In this document: piece by piece, positions 28,762-38,067 of the stretch
Layout of the letters: the number at the start of each line of letters is the position of its first letter
How positions within the stretch are numbered: position 1 is the stretch's first letter
Assembly: GCA_001782825.1 (NCBI GenBank)
Contig: MFPS01000008.1
Location: forward strand, 137,012 to 201,011
Length of the DNA stretch: 64,000 nucleotides
Source: Candidatus Magasanikbacteria bacterium RIFCSPHIGHO2_01_FULL_33_34
GTDB taxonomy: Bacteria > Patescibacteriota > Patescibacteriia > Magasanikbacterales > UBA922
Direction of reading: 5' to 3'
The notes under the pieces: model-generated
Told to the model about the DNA's origin: nothing
The model's database searches: none
Seen by the model: only the letters and a program-made list of their open reading frames with translations
Program-made: the position numbers and the translations under genes

Positions 28762-29679
28762 ATGAAATTTTTTGTAGACAAATTTTTAATTTTGATATCC
28801 ACTTTTTTATTTTTTGGGTGTGGTGCATTTATATCAAATACCAAAAAGACAGAACTTGATACGGCAGAGTTATTAATGAATGCTAGTGTAAGGTTACATT
28901 GGCAATTGGTCAGTGGTGGTGAAACACTTGATCAGTGTGGTGCTACCGTAATTGCAAAAAATAATAATAAGTATGAAGTTCTTACTGCGCTTCATTGTGT
29001 AGGAATTTATAATGTAAAAACACAAAAGACAACATTATTTACTACATTATTACCTATTAAATTTGCATTGGTCTTTGAAGATTCAAAAACTACTTTAAAA
29101 AAGACTGTAAATGCAAATGTTATTGCTTATGGCGATATGGCTAAGTTTGAAGATTTTGCCATACTTGAGATAGAAATAGACCATAAAATTAATTTACCAC
29201 CTATTTATAAAGGAAATGAACCATTAAAAATCAATGAACCACTTGCGTTGGTAGTGGCGCCACTTTCTGAGATAGGAAATTTATATTTAAATGCTTATGT
29301 GAGTAAGCCTAGTATTAAAGTAGAATTTGTACTTGATGGTGTTAATAAACAGGGTGCAGTACCAATACAAGTCAGTGGTTTGGGTATTGGTAAAGGTTCA
29401 TCTGGCTCATCAGTGATGAGTATCAAAAAAAATAAAATTGTTGGTGTAGTTTCAATGTCATCATGGAATAATCAGGGACATGTTACACTAATGATGTGTC
29501 CAATTTCCAAATTTAATATTTTTTATTCTAGGTATAAAAAAGGTAATTCAAAAATTCCAAATACATCTGATATATCAGATATAACTTCAATTTGTGAGGT
29601 AAATACTGAAGTGTGTGGTAAACTTTTGGAGGATTTTCAATCTTTGGTCAACATGCAAAAGAATGAGCATAAATTATAG
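28762..29679 (+). CDS. Secreted trypsin-like serine protease (S1B-like), paralog 3 (more divergent), possible lipoprotein
   Basis: TALHCVG (His), EDFAILEI (Asp), GKGSSGSSVMS (Ser); signal peptide ending FFGC. Confidence 0.65.
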   Translation: MKFFVDKFLILISTFLFFGCGAFISNTKKTELDTAELLMNASVRLHWQLVSGGETLDQCGATVIAKNNNKYEVLTALHCVGIYNVKTQKTTLFTTLLPIKFALVFEDSKTTLKKTVNANVIAYGDMAKFEDFAILEIEIDHKINLPPIYKGNEPLKINEPLALVVAPLSEIGNLYLNAYVSKPSIKVEFVLDGVNKQGAVPIQVSGLGIGKGSSGSSVMSIKKNKIVGVVSMSSWNNQGHVTLMMCPISKFNIFYSRYKKGNSKIPNTSDISDITSICEVNTEVCGKLLEDFQSLVNMQKNEHKL

Positions 29680-29821
29680 TGGTACAATACTAGAGCTCTT
29701 GGTTTTCCAAGAGCTCTTACACATATAACAGATTTATAGGATAAATTTTATTTATCATTATTAAAAAATATGTTATACTTAATTAACTTAATTTATTAAT
29801 ATTAAAATAATTTATTTATAT

Positions 29822-31573
29822 ATGAAATCGACTTTGATAAAGAAGACGAAAAAAATGGTGAATTTCACGCCAAATATGGAGAACTATAATAGTATATATA
29901 ATAATCATACACTTGCTGAAGCTAAAAAAGATATAGATTTTTTTAAAGGCAAAATCAATGCAGCTTATAATGCGATTGAAAGACATGCTAATAGTTGGAG
30001 AAAAAATAAGATTGCTTTATATTGGATTGGTGCTGAAGGCGAAACGATAAATTATACTTTTCGTGAGTTAAATGAGCTTTCAAATCAATTTGCAAATTCT
30101 TTACATAGTCTAAAAGTAGTGAAAGGAGACAGAGTCTTTTTCTTTTTAACTAGATTACCACAATTATATTATGGGTTTTTGGGTACCTTAAAAACAGGCG
30201 CAATATCTGGTACTATGTTTGCGGCTTTTGGTCCACAAGCAATTGAAGATAGATTGGGCAATAGTTCAGCAAAAGTAGTGGTTACAGAACTACAATTGTT
30301 CGAACGAATTGCTAGTGTTGCTCCTAAGTTACCACATTTAAAAGTAATTTTGGTAGTGGGGGATCCAAAGAAAGTCGCAAAACTTAAAGTTCCTGGTAAA
30401 AAAGTTATAGCCCTTGATGAACTTTCTGCACAACAATCAAAAGAATACAAAACACTTATGATGAAACCAGATGATCCAGCATTTATGTTGTATACTTCTG
30501 GTACTACTGGTAAACCAAAAGGTGTTGTCCATGCGCACAAAGCTATTATTCATGAACATCTGAGTGCCAAGTATGTATTGGATATCAAAGATGAGGATGT
30601 ATATTGGTGTACCGCTGATCCGGGTTGGGTGACTGGTGTTGCCTATGAAATATTAGGTTCTTGGAGTAATGGTGCTACAGAAGTAATTACAAATGGTAAA
30701 TTTAGCCCAGAAGAGTGGTATAAAATTATTCAAGATTATAAAGTAACAATATGGTATACTGCACCGACAGCTATTCGTATGTTACAAGCATCTGGTGATA
30801 AGTTAGTAAAAAAATATGATTTGTCATCACTTCGTTATTTAGCAAGTGTTGGTGAACCATTAAACCCAGAACCTATCCGTTGGGGACTAAAAGTATTTGG
30901 ATTGCCTTTTCATGACAATTGGTGGCAAACTGAAACTGGTGGTATACTGATAGCAAATTATGCTTGTATGGATATAAAACCAGGTTCAATGGGTAAGCCT
31001 CTTCCTGGTATTACTGCAGAAATTGTGAGTGATAGCGGACAAGTTTTGGGACCAAACAAAGAAGGAAACTTATCCATTAAACCAGGCTGGCCTTCTATGA
31101 TGCAAAAGATATGGATGCGACCAAACAAATACAAATCATATTTTGAACATGGTTGGTATATTTCAGGTGATCGAGCTTTTCGTGACAAAGATGGTTACTT
31201 TTGGTTTATTGGTCGGGCTGATGATGTTATTAAAACATCCGGAGAAAGGGTTGGTCCATTTGAAGTAGAATCAGCTCTTGTAGAACATCCAAGCTGTATT
31301 GAGGCGGGTGTAATTGGCAAACCAGATCCTTTGCGAGGTGAAATTATCAAAGCTTTTGTAAAATTAGCCCCAGGTTTTAAGGGTAGTGAAAATTTAAAAA
31401 AAGAATTACAAAAGTTTATAAAAAGGCATCTTGCGGGTCATGCTTATCCACGTGAGATAGAATTCGTAGACAAATTACCAAAAACTCGTTCAGGTAAAAT
31501 TATGAGACGATTGTTGAAAGCCAGAGAACTAGGATTACCAATTGGGGACACATCAACATTGGAAGAGTATTAA
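29822..31573 (+). CDS. acs: AMP-forming acyl-CoA synthetase, acetyl-CoA synthetase-like
   Basis: AMP-binding motif YTSGTTGKPKGV, WWQTETGG, C-terminal catalytic Lys in SGKIMRR; 583 aa. Confidence 0.8.
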   Translation: MKSTLIKKTKKMVNFTPNMENYNSIYNNHTLAEAKKDIDFFKGKINAAYNAIERHANSWRKNKIALYWIGAEGETINYTFRELNELSNQFANSLHSLKVVKGDRVFFFLTRLPQLYYGFLGTLKTGAISGTMFAAFGPQAIEDRLGNSSAKVVVTELQLFERIASVAPKLPHLKVILVVGDPKKVAKLKVPGKKVIALDELSAQQSKEYKTLMMKPDDPAFMLYTSGTTGKPKGVVHAHKAIIHEHLSAKYVLDIKDEDVYWCTADPGWVTGVAYEILGSWSNGATEVITNGKFSPEEWYKIIQDYKVTIWYTAPTAIRMLQASGDKLVKKYDLSSLRYLASVGEPLNPEPIRWGLKVFGLPFHDNWWQTETGGILIANYACMDIKPGSMGKPLPGITAEIVSDSGQVLGPNKEGNLSIKPGWPSMMQKIWMRPNKYKSYFEHGWYISGDRAFRDKDGYFWFIGRADDVIKTSGERVGPFEVESALVEHPSCIEAGVIGKPDPLRGEIIKAFVKLAPGFKGSENLKKELQKFIKRHLAGHAYPREIEFVDKLPKTRSGKIMRRLLKARELGLPIGDTSTLEEY

Positions 31574-31579
31574 AATTAT

Positions 31580-33376
31580 TTGTTTATATTAAAATTTATG
31601 GGTTGGTTTAATAAAAATAATAAAGCAGAAATTAAGATTAAAAAAAGCGAAGATACAGAAAAATTTATTTCTCCAAATTTCTGTTTTAAGATTGGTGGTG
31701 AAGCAGGTTTTGGTATTATGTCTGCTGGTGTAACTTTTTCAAAAATTGCCAGCCGTTCTGGTTATTATGTATTTGATTATGCAGAGTATCCATCTATAAT
31801 ACGCGGTGGCCACAATGTAATGCAAACATCAATTTCAAGTGAACCTATTCGTTCTCAACTTAGACATACAGATTTATTAGTTGCTTTAAATCAAGAAACA
31901 ATTGATTTGCACAAAGATGAGCTGTTAGAGAATTCTGGAATTATTTTTGATAATGAAAAAGATATGAAGTTGGAGGGTATTCCAAAAGGAGTATCAGAGT
32001 TTGGTATACCAATCAATAAAATTGCCAGAGACATTGGAGGTTCTGAAATAATGAGAAATACGGCTGCATTAGGAGCCGTAATGGCAGTTTTGGGTGGCAA
32101 AATAGGCCACCTTAAAGATTTGATAACAGAAGAATTTAGTAATAAAAAACCAGAAATTATAGAAAAAAATCATTTGGTTTGTCAAGCTGGATATGATTAT
32201 GCTCTTGAGCATTATAAAGATAAAGTAAAAAATGTTTTAAAACAAAAACCAAAATTACCATCTCAAATTGTTATCAGTGGTAGTGAGGCAGTAGCATTGG
32301 GCGCATTGACAGCTGGTTTACAATTTGTGGCAATTTATCCGATGACGCCTATTTCAGGAATATTACATGCATTAGCTCTATATCAAGAAGAATATAAATT
32401 TATATATAAACAACCAGAAGACGAAATCTGTGCCGTAAATATGGCAATTGGGGCGTCTTTTGCGGGTGCAAGAGCAATGACAGCTACTAGTGGTGGAGGT
32501 TTTTGTTTAATGGCTGAAGGATATGGTCTGGCTGGTATTTCTGAAACGCCGATTGTTATTATAGAAGGTATGCGTGGTGGACCAGCTACAGGATTACCTA
32601 CGTGGACTGAACAAGGGGATTTGAGATTTGTTTTGCATGCACATCAGAGTGAATTTCCAAGGATTGTATTGGCAGCAGGGGATATAGAGGAAGCCTATCA
32701 TTTTACTGCCAAAGCTTTTAATTTGGCAGACAAGTATCAAACTCCAGTTGTGGTATTAACAGACAAACAAATTAATGAAAGTCATATGGGTGTTAAGGCA
32801 TTTAATACTAGTGATTATAATATAGACAGGGGTAAAATGTTTTTGACAAAAGATGAAAATTATAAAAGATATGAATTAACTTCAGATGGAATATCACCAA
32901 GATCTATCCCTGGTGTAGGTAATCATTTTGTTGCTAACTCAGATGAACATACAGAGATTGGTTATTCCGATGAGGAGGCAAAAAATAGGCTTGAACAAAT
33001 GAATAAAAGAATGTCCAAGTTGGATACTTGCGCTAAGATGGATATGGAAAAACCAGTTTTGTATGGTCCAAACAAAGCTGATATTACAATAGTTTCTTGG
33101 GGGAGTAACAAAGGAGCAATTTTGGATGCAATAAAAGAATTTAATAATGTAAATTTTTTACATATTACTTGGATGAATCCTTTTCCTTCGGAAGTAGTCG
33201 GTAACATTTTGTCATCGGCAAAATTTGTATTAAATATTGAATGTAATTATACTGGACAAATGGCTAGTTTAATAAAAGAAAAAACTGGTTATGAGGTAAA
33301 TGAAAGTTTTCTCAAAATTGATGGTCGACCAATCTATGCGGAAGAAATAGTCGAAAAAATAAGAAAATTATTATAA
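31580..33376 (+). CDS. 2-oxoacid:ferredoxin oxidoreductase, fused gamma-alpha subunit (two-subunit OFOR type)
   Basis: N-terminal gamma-like domain (IGGEAGFGIMSAG), alpha domain (ISGSEAVALGALTAG...YPMTPIS), 598 aa. Confidence 0.85.
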   Translation: MFILKFMGWFNKNNKAEIKIKKSEDTEKFISPNFCFKIGGEAGFGIMSAGVTFSKIASRSGYYVFDYAEYPSIIRGGHNVMQTSISSEPIRSQLRHTDLLVALNQETIDLHKDELLENSGIIFDNEKDMKLEGIPKGVSEFGIPINKIARDIGGSEIMRNTAALGAVMAVLGGKIGHLKDLITEEFSNKKPEIIEKNHLVCQAGYDYALEHYKDKVKNVLKQKPKLPSQIVISGSEAVALGALTAGLQFVAIYPMTPISGILHALALYQEEYKFIYKQPEDEICAVNMAIGASFAGARAMTATSGGGFCLMAEGYGLAGISETPIVIIEGMRGGPATGLPTWTEQGDLRFVLHAHQSEFPRIVLAAGDIEEAYHFTAKAFNLADKYQTPVVVLTDKQINESHMGVKAFNTSDYNIDRGKMFLTKDENYKRYELTSDGISPRSIPGVGNHFVANSDEHTEIGYSDEEAKNRLEQMNKRMSKLDTCAKMDMEKPVLYGPNKADITIVSWGSNKGAILDAIKEFNNVNFLHITWMNPFPSEVVGNILSSAKFVLNIECNYTGQMASLIKEKTGYEVNESFLKIDGRPIYAEEIVEKIRKLL

Positions 33377-33381
33377 CGTTT

Positions 33382-34236
33382 ATGACATTAAAAAAAGATT
33401 TAAAAACTCCAATTGATATAAACTGGTGCCCAGGATGTGGAAATTTTGGTATTTGGAAAGCTTTTAGTGATGCTGCGGTAGAAAAAGGCTGGGATAATAC
33501 AAATACTGTTTTAGCTGCGGGCATTGGTTGTCATGGTCATATAGTAAATTTCATAAAATTGACTTCATTTGAAGGTCTGCATGGTAGAGCTATACCTTTG
33601 GCCTGTGGTATTAAGATGGCAAATAGCAGGTTGAATGTTTTTGTTTTTACTGGAGACGGGGATTGTTTAGCTGAAGGTGGAAATCATTTTATCAATGGTG
33701 CTAGGCGAAATCATGATATTACTATAATACTTCACGATAATGCAATCTATGGTTTGACTACTGGTCAAGCATCTCCAAGATCACCAAAAAATAAAAAAAC
33801 AAAATCAACACCAGATGGAAATCATGATGAACCAATTGATCCACTCAGATTAGCCCTCTCTGCTGGAGCTACTTTTCTTGGTAGAGTTTATGCTGGGCAA
33901 CCAAAGGAATTAAAAGAAATGATGATTGCTGCTAATGAGCACAAGGGATTTTCAGTAGTACAAATTTTACAACCATGTGTGACTTTTGATAAATTATATA
34001 CTCATCAATATTTTAGAGAAAATATATATCAACTTGGTAATGATTATGATTTCACTAGCAGAGAAGCTGCTTTTGCAAAAACCTTTGAATGGGGAGAAAA
34101 AAAGATTCCAGTAGGCATATTTTACAAAGTTGATGAACCGACCAATGAAAGTCAAATTTCACAGATACAGCAAAAACCATTGATAAAACTACCTTTAAAA
34201 CGTAATTTGAGTAAATTACTTGCAAAATACAAATAG
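33382..34236 (+). CDS. 2-oxoacid:ferredoxin oxidoreductase beta subunit (TPP-binding)
   Basis: CPGCG, GIGCHG, GDGDCLAEGGNHF...NAIYGLTTGQ TPP-binding pattern. Confidence 0.9.
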   Translation: MTLKKDLKTPIDINWCPGCGNFGIWKAFSDAAVEKGWDNTNTVLAAGIGCHGHIVNFIKLTSFEGLHGRAIPLACGIKMANSRLNVFVFTGDGDCLAEGGNHFINGARRNHDITIILHDNAIYGLTTGQASPRSPKNKKTKSTPDGNHDEPIDPLRLALSAGATFLGRVYAGQPKELKEMMIAANEHKGFSVVQILQPCVTFDKLYTHQYFRENIYQLGNDYDFTSREAAFAKTFEWGEKKIPVGIFYKVDEPTNESQISQIQQKPLIKLPLKRNLSKLLAKYK

Positions 34237-34328
34237 TAATAATAAAGAGTTCATTATTGGACTTTTTTATTATCCACAGGTTTTAAAGTATCTGATTATG
34301 ATGCTATACTTCTAAAATATATACCATT

Positions 34329-35093
34329 ATGGACTTATCATTATTATTGCCCGCATTTATTGCAGGGTTACTCACTTTTTTAGCACCATGCACTTTACCA
34401 CTTGTACCTGGTTTTTTGGGATTTATTAGTGGAGTATCAATAAAAGACTTTGAAAAAAAAGAAAGTCGAGTTGGCGCTAGAAGAAAAATTTTTATAAATG
34501 GATTTTTGTATGTTGTTGGTTTTACTATAGTTTTTGTTCTGTTAGGTTCGATCTTTGGGCTGGCTGGTTCAACTTTAGTTAAATATAGATTTTGGTTAGT
34601 AAAAATTGGTAGTATATTTATTATATTTTTTGGACTTTATTTGATGAGGGTATTTGATTTTAAATTTTTTGCATTTTTATCTCATGATAAAAGATTAAAT
34701 TTTAGTAGAATATTAATACCTGGTAAGCCATTAAGTTCATTATTATTTGGTATGGTGTTTGCTTTTGGTTGGACACCATGTGTTGGCCCTGTACTTGGCA
34801 GTATACTTTTTTTAGCTACAACTTCAGGTACAGTGCTACAAGGAGCTTTTATGCTATTTATTTTTTCACTTGGCCTAGCTATTCCATTTTTAATGATTGC
34901 ACTTGGTTTTGGACATGCTACAGAATACATAAAAAAAATAGCAAAATATCTTGGGATAATATCAAAAGTTGGTGGATTTCTCTTGGTTTTATTGGGTATA
35001 TTGTTGTTAACAGATAATGTTGGTATATGGATTGGTTATTTTTATGAGGTCTTTAGTTTTATAAATTATGAAGGTTTGTTAGATTATTTGTAA
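34329..35093 (+). CDS. ccdA: Cytochrome c-type biogenesis / thiol-disulfide transporter CcdA (DsbD family)
   Basis: Two conserved membrane Cys (LAPCTLP, WTPCVGP), 6 TM helices. Confidence 0.85.
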   Translation: MDLSLLLPAFIAGLLTFLAPCTLPLVPGFLGFISGVSIKDFEKKESRVGARRKIFINGFLYVVGFTIVFVLLGSIFGLAGSTLVKYRFWLVKIGSIFIIFFGLYLMRVFDFKFFAFLSHDKRLNFSRILIPGKPLSSLLFGMVFAFGWTPCVGPVLGSILFLATTSGTVLQGAFMLFIFSLGLAIPFLMIALGFGHATEYIKKIAKYLGIISKVGGFLLVLLGILLLTDNVGIWIGYFYEVFSFINYEGLLDYL

Positions 35094-35146
35094 TTTTAAA
35101 ATTAATAAAATTATGTTAAAATCTATTGATAAATTAATACAAAATT

Positions 35147-35728
35147 ATGTCTAGAGAAATAGTATTTGATATAGAAACAGTAGGGGATATTAAGAACTTT
35201 TCTTCCCTAAAGCCAACAGTTGTCTCAATTTATGAATATGAAAATGATTCGTATAGATCATTTAATGAAAATGAATTAAATTTATTGTGGCCAATATTAG
35301 AAAAAGCTGAAAGGATTATTGGTTATAATAGTGAACATTTTGATATACCAGTTTTGAATAAATATTATATGGGTGATTTGACTAGTATTCCTCACTTAGA
35401 CTTATTAAAAATAATTAAGGATATGTCTGGAAAAAGATATAAGCTTGATGATATTGCCCAAGCTACGCTTCAAATTAAAAAAAGTGCTGACGGGTTGCAA
35501 GCGATGAAATGGTATGAGGAAGGGAAAATTGATGAAATTAAAAAATATTGTGAACAAGATGTTAAAGTTACCAAAGAAATTTATGAATATGGCAAAAAAA
35601 ACAAAATGTTATATTATACAACTTTGACAGGCAATTTGATGCCAATTGCAGTAAACTTTGATAACTCAATCACATCTCAAAATCAAAATTCTAGCTCTAG
35701 TGGAGTAAATATGACTTTACCATTTTGA
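35147..35728 (+). CDS. DnaQ-like 3'-5' exonuclease (DEDD family)
   Basis: Exo I FDIET, Exo II HFDIPVL, Exo III YCEQDV. Confidence 0.7.
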   Translation: MSREIVFDIETVGDIKNFSSLKPTVVSIYEYENDSYRSFNENELNLLWPILEKAERIIGYNSEHFDIPVLNKYYMGDLTSIPHLDLLKIIKDMSGKRYKLDDIAQATLQIKKSADGLQAMKWYEEGKIDEIKKYCEQDVKVTKEIYEYGKKNKMLYYTTLTGNLMPIAVNFDNSITSQNQNSSSSGVNMTLPF

Positions 35729-36424
35729 TTAAAAAGCTTCAAAATGAATATTTTCTTTTTCAATTGATAAATCACTTAGTATTTGCTTTATTTCAGTGAT
35801 CATTTTTATATTTCCACATATATAATAATGTGCAGTATTATTAATATGTTTCTGAATATAATCAGTAACACGTCCTTTGTTACCAGACCATTCTTCAGAG
35901 GGTTGGGATAATGTAAGTGTATAATCAAAATTATCAAATTTTTCTTTTAGTTTATCAAGTTCATTTGTAAAAAATATATCTTTATCATGTCTCAAACCAA
36001 ACAGTAGATGAATTTTTTCTTTGTAATTTTTGTTTATTAAAGAATCTTTTATTAAGCCAAATATTGGAGCCATGCCAACACCAGTTGCAACTAGAACTAA
36101 TGGTTTTTCTTCTTTTAATACAAATTTTCCAAATGGGCCAACTAAATCTATTTCATCACCAACCTTTACTTGGCGTAAATAATTTGATCCGACTCCTTCA
36201 GGTAACAACTTGATACAAAATTCAATATTATTTTCTTCTGGTGTAGAACATATAGAGTAGGATCTTTTGAGGAATTTTTCTGAATTTTCTGGGTTAGGGA
36301 TCATTATTTGAGAAAATTGGCCAGCTTTGTAATCAAAATTAGAAGGTTTTTCAACAACTAGACTTATAACATCATCAGTAATAAGACGTTTTTCAAGTAA
36401 TTTTACCTTGTATTGAGTGCTCAT
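35729..36424 (-). CDS. FAD/NAD(P)-binding oxidoreductase, ferredoxin-NADP+ reductase-like
   Basis: RSYS FAD-binding motif, LVATGVGMAP NAD(P)-binding glycine motif; no Fe-S Cys cluster. Confidence 0.7.
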   Translation of the reverse strand: MSTQYKVKLLEKRLITDDVISLVVEKPSNFDYKAGQFSQIMIPNPENSEKFLKRSYSICSTPEENNIEFCIKLLPEGVGSNYLRQVKVGDEIDLVGPFGKFVLKEEKPLVLVATGVGMAPIFGLIKDSLINKNYKEKIHLLFGLRHDKDIFFTNELDKLKEKFDNFDYTLTLSQPSEEWSGNKGRVTDYIQKHINNTAHYYICGNIKMITEIKQILSDLSIEKENIHFEAF

Positions 36425-36430
36425 AGAGTA

Positions 36431-36459
36431 TTGACATTGGAGTATTAATAGTATATCAT
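36431..36459 (+). promoter_or_regulatory. Candidate promoter TTGACA-17bp-TATCAT for Rrf2/suf operon, followed by palindrome ATACTGATTAAGTAT (36458-36472) overlapping the start codon
   Basis: Read from sequence. Confidence 0.4.
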
Positions 36460-36470
36460 ACTGATTAAGT

Positions 36471-36866
36471 ATGATTAAGATTTCAAAACAAACTGATTAC
36501 GCTCTTCAATTCTTGATTGAGCTGTCAAAAAATAAAAATGGAGAGTTGTTGGGTTTGAAAATGTTCTCTAATCAGAGTAACATATCTTTTTTATTTTTGC
36601 AAAAAATAGCCAAATCATTGCGAGAAGCTGATTTAATAATTTCTGCAAAAGGTAAAAAAGGTGGCTATAAACTTATTAAACCGATCAGTAGTATAAATTT
36701 GAAGGAGGTAATAGAAGCTGTTGAGGGACAATATGGAGTAGTCAATTGTACAAAAAGTTGCCATTGCGAACGTTCAAAAATATGTAATTTGAAAAATGGT
36801 TTAAATAAAGTAAATCAACAAATAACTCAATATATGGAGTCACTTAAAATTTCAGATTTGCACTAA
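36471..36866 (+). CDS. Rrf2-family transcriptional regulator (IscR-like, Cys cluster ligands present)
   Basis: N-terminal KISKQTDYALQFL HTH, C-terminal CTKSCHCERSKIC. Confidence 0.85.
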   Translation: MIKISKQTDYALQFLIELSKNKNGELLGLKMFSNQSNISFLFLQKIAKSLREADLIISAKGKKGGYKLIKPISSINLKEVIEAVEGQYGVVNCTKSCHCERSKICNLKNGLNKVNQQITQYMESLKISDLH

Positions 36867-36867
36867 T

Positions 36868-38067
36868 ATGTTTCCAAAATTACCAAAAATTAAAAAGTAT
36901 GTTTACTTAGATAATGCGGCTGCAACCAAAGTTGACTCAGGTTTTGTTAATAATTTTAAAAAATATAATATTGATAATTTTGAAAATCCGTCTGCCTTAT
37001 ATTCACAAGCGGTTAAAGTGCGAAAAGATATTGAAAGTTCAAGGAATAAAATTGCTAGCCTATTAAAAACTCAGTCAAATACAATAATATTTACAGGTAG
37101 TGGAACAGAGAGTATCAATCTTGGAATATTAGGATTTGCCAGAAAAAATATATCTATGGGCAAGCATATTATATCCACAAAAACTGAACATAGTGCAGTT
37201 TTAAAGTCACTTGAATTTCTTTCAAAAGAAGGTTTTGATATAACTTATTTGGATGTAGATAATAATGGTAAAATAAATATAGATCAATTAAAACAATCGA
37301 TTCAAAGGGATACTATTTTAATATCTATAATGTATGTTAATAATGAAATTGGTACAATAAATGACTTACCAGCTATTGGTAAAGAAATATTAAAATGGAG
37401 AAAAACTAATAATTCTCAATATCCATATTTTCATTCAGATGCATGTCAAGCAGGTGCATATTTAGATTTAAATGTTGAAAAATTACATGTTGATTTAATG
37501 TCATTAAATAGTAGTAAAGTTTATGGTCCAAAAGGCGTAGGTATGCTTTATAAACGCCGTGAAGTTGAAATTGAACCGATAATGTATGGTGGTGAACAAG
37601 AATATGGATTTCGTCCTGGTACTGAAAACAGTGCTGGGATTATTTCTTTTGCCGATGCATTAGTTATTGCGCAAAAGGATAAGGAGGAAAATATTAAAAA
37701 ATTATATAAATTACAAGATTATTTTTGGAATAAAATTAAGAGTAATATCAATGAAGTCGTATTGGTTGGATCTAAGTTTGGAAAAGATCGTATTGCAAAT
37801 AATTTGAATATAATATTTAAAGGTGTTGATGCGGATAGTTTGATTATATACCTAGATAAATATGGAATAGTTTGTTCTAGTGGTTCAGCTTGCACTACTG
37901 ATTCAGATGAGGCCTCTCATATAATTTTAGCCTGCGGTTTTAACAAAAATGAAGCAAAAAATGCCATAAGATTTTCTATGAGTAAATATACAACTAAGTC
38001 AGATATAGATTATGTAATGAAATATTTACCAAAGATAGTTAATAAATTAAGAAAAACAAATGTCTAA
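36868..38067 (+). CDS. Cysteine desulfurase, NifS/IscS-like (class V aminotransferase, group I)
   Basis: PLP-Lys in SLNSSKVYGPKGVG, catalytic Cys in SSGSACTT. Confidence 0.85.
   Translation: MFPKLPKIKKYVYLDNAAATKVDSGFVNNFKKYNIDNFENPSALYSQAVKVRKDIESSRNKIASLLKTQSNTIIFTGSGTESINLGILGFARKNISMGKHIISTKTEHSAVLKSLEFLSKEGFDITYLDVDNNGKINIDQLKQSIQRDTILISIMYVNNEIGTINDLPAIGKEILKWRKTNNSQYPYFHSDACQAGAYLDLNVEKLHVDLMSLNSSKVYGPKGVGMLYKRREVEIEPIMYGGEQEYGFRPGTENSAGIISFADALVIAQKDKEENIKKLYKLQDYFWNKIKSNINEVVLVGSKFGKDRIANNLNIIFKGVDADSLIIYLDKYGIVCSSGSACTTDSDEASHIILACGFNKNEAKNAIRFSMSKYTTKSDIDYVMKYLPKIVNKLRKTNV

Noticed and set aside
34682-35017. ORFs 34682-34930 (-) and 34769-35017 (+) overlapping ccdA
   Set aside because: Alternative frames within a confident 6-TM CcdA gene
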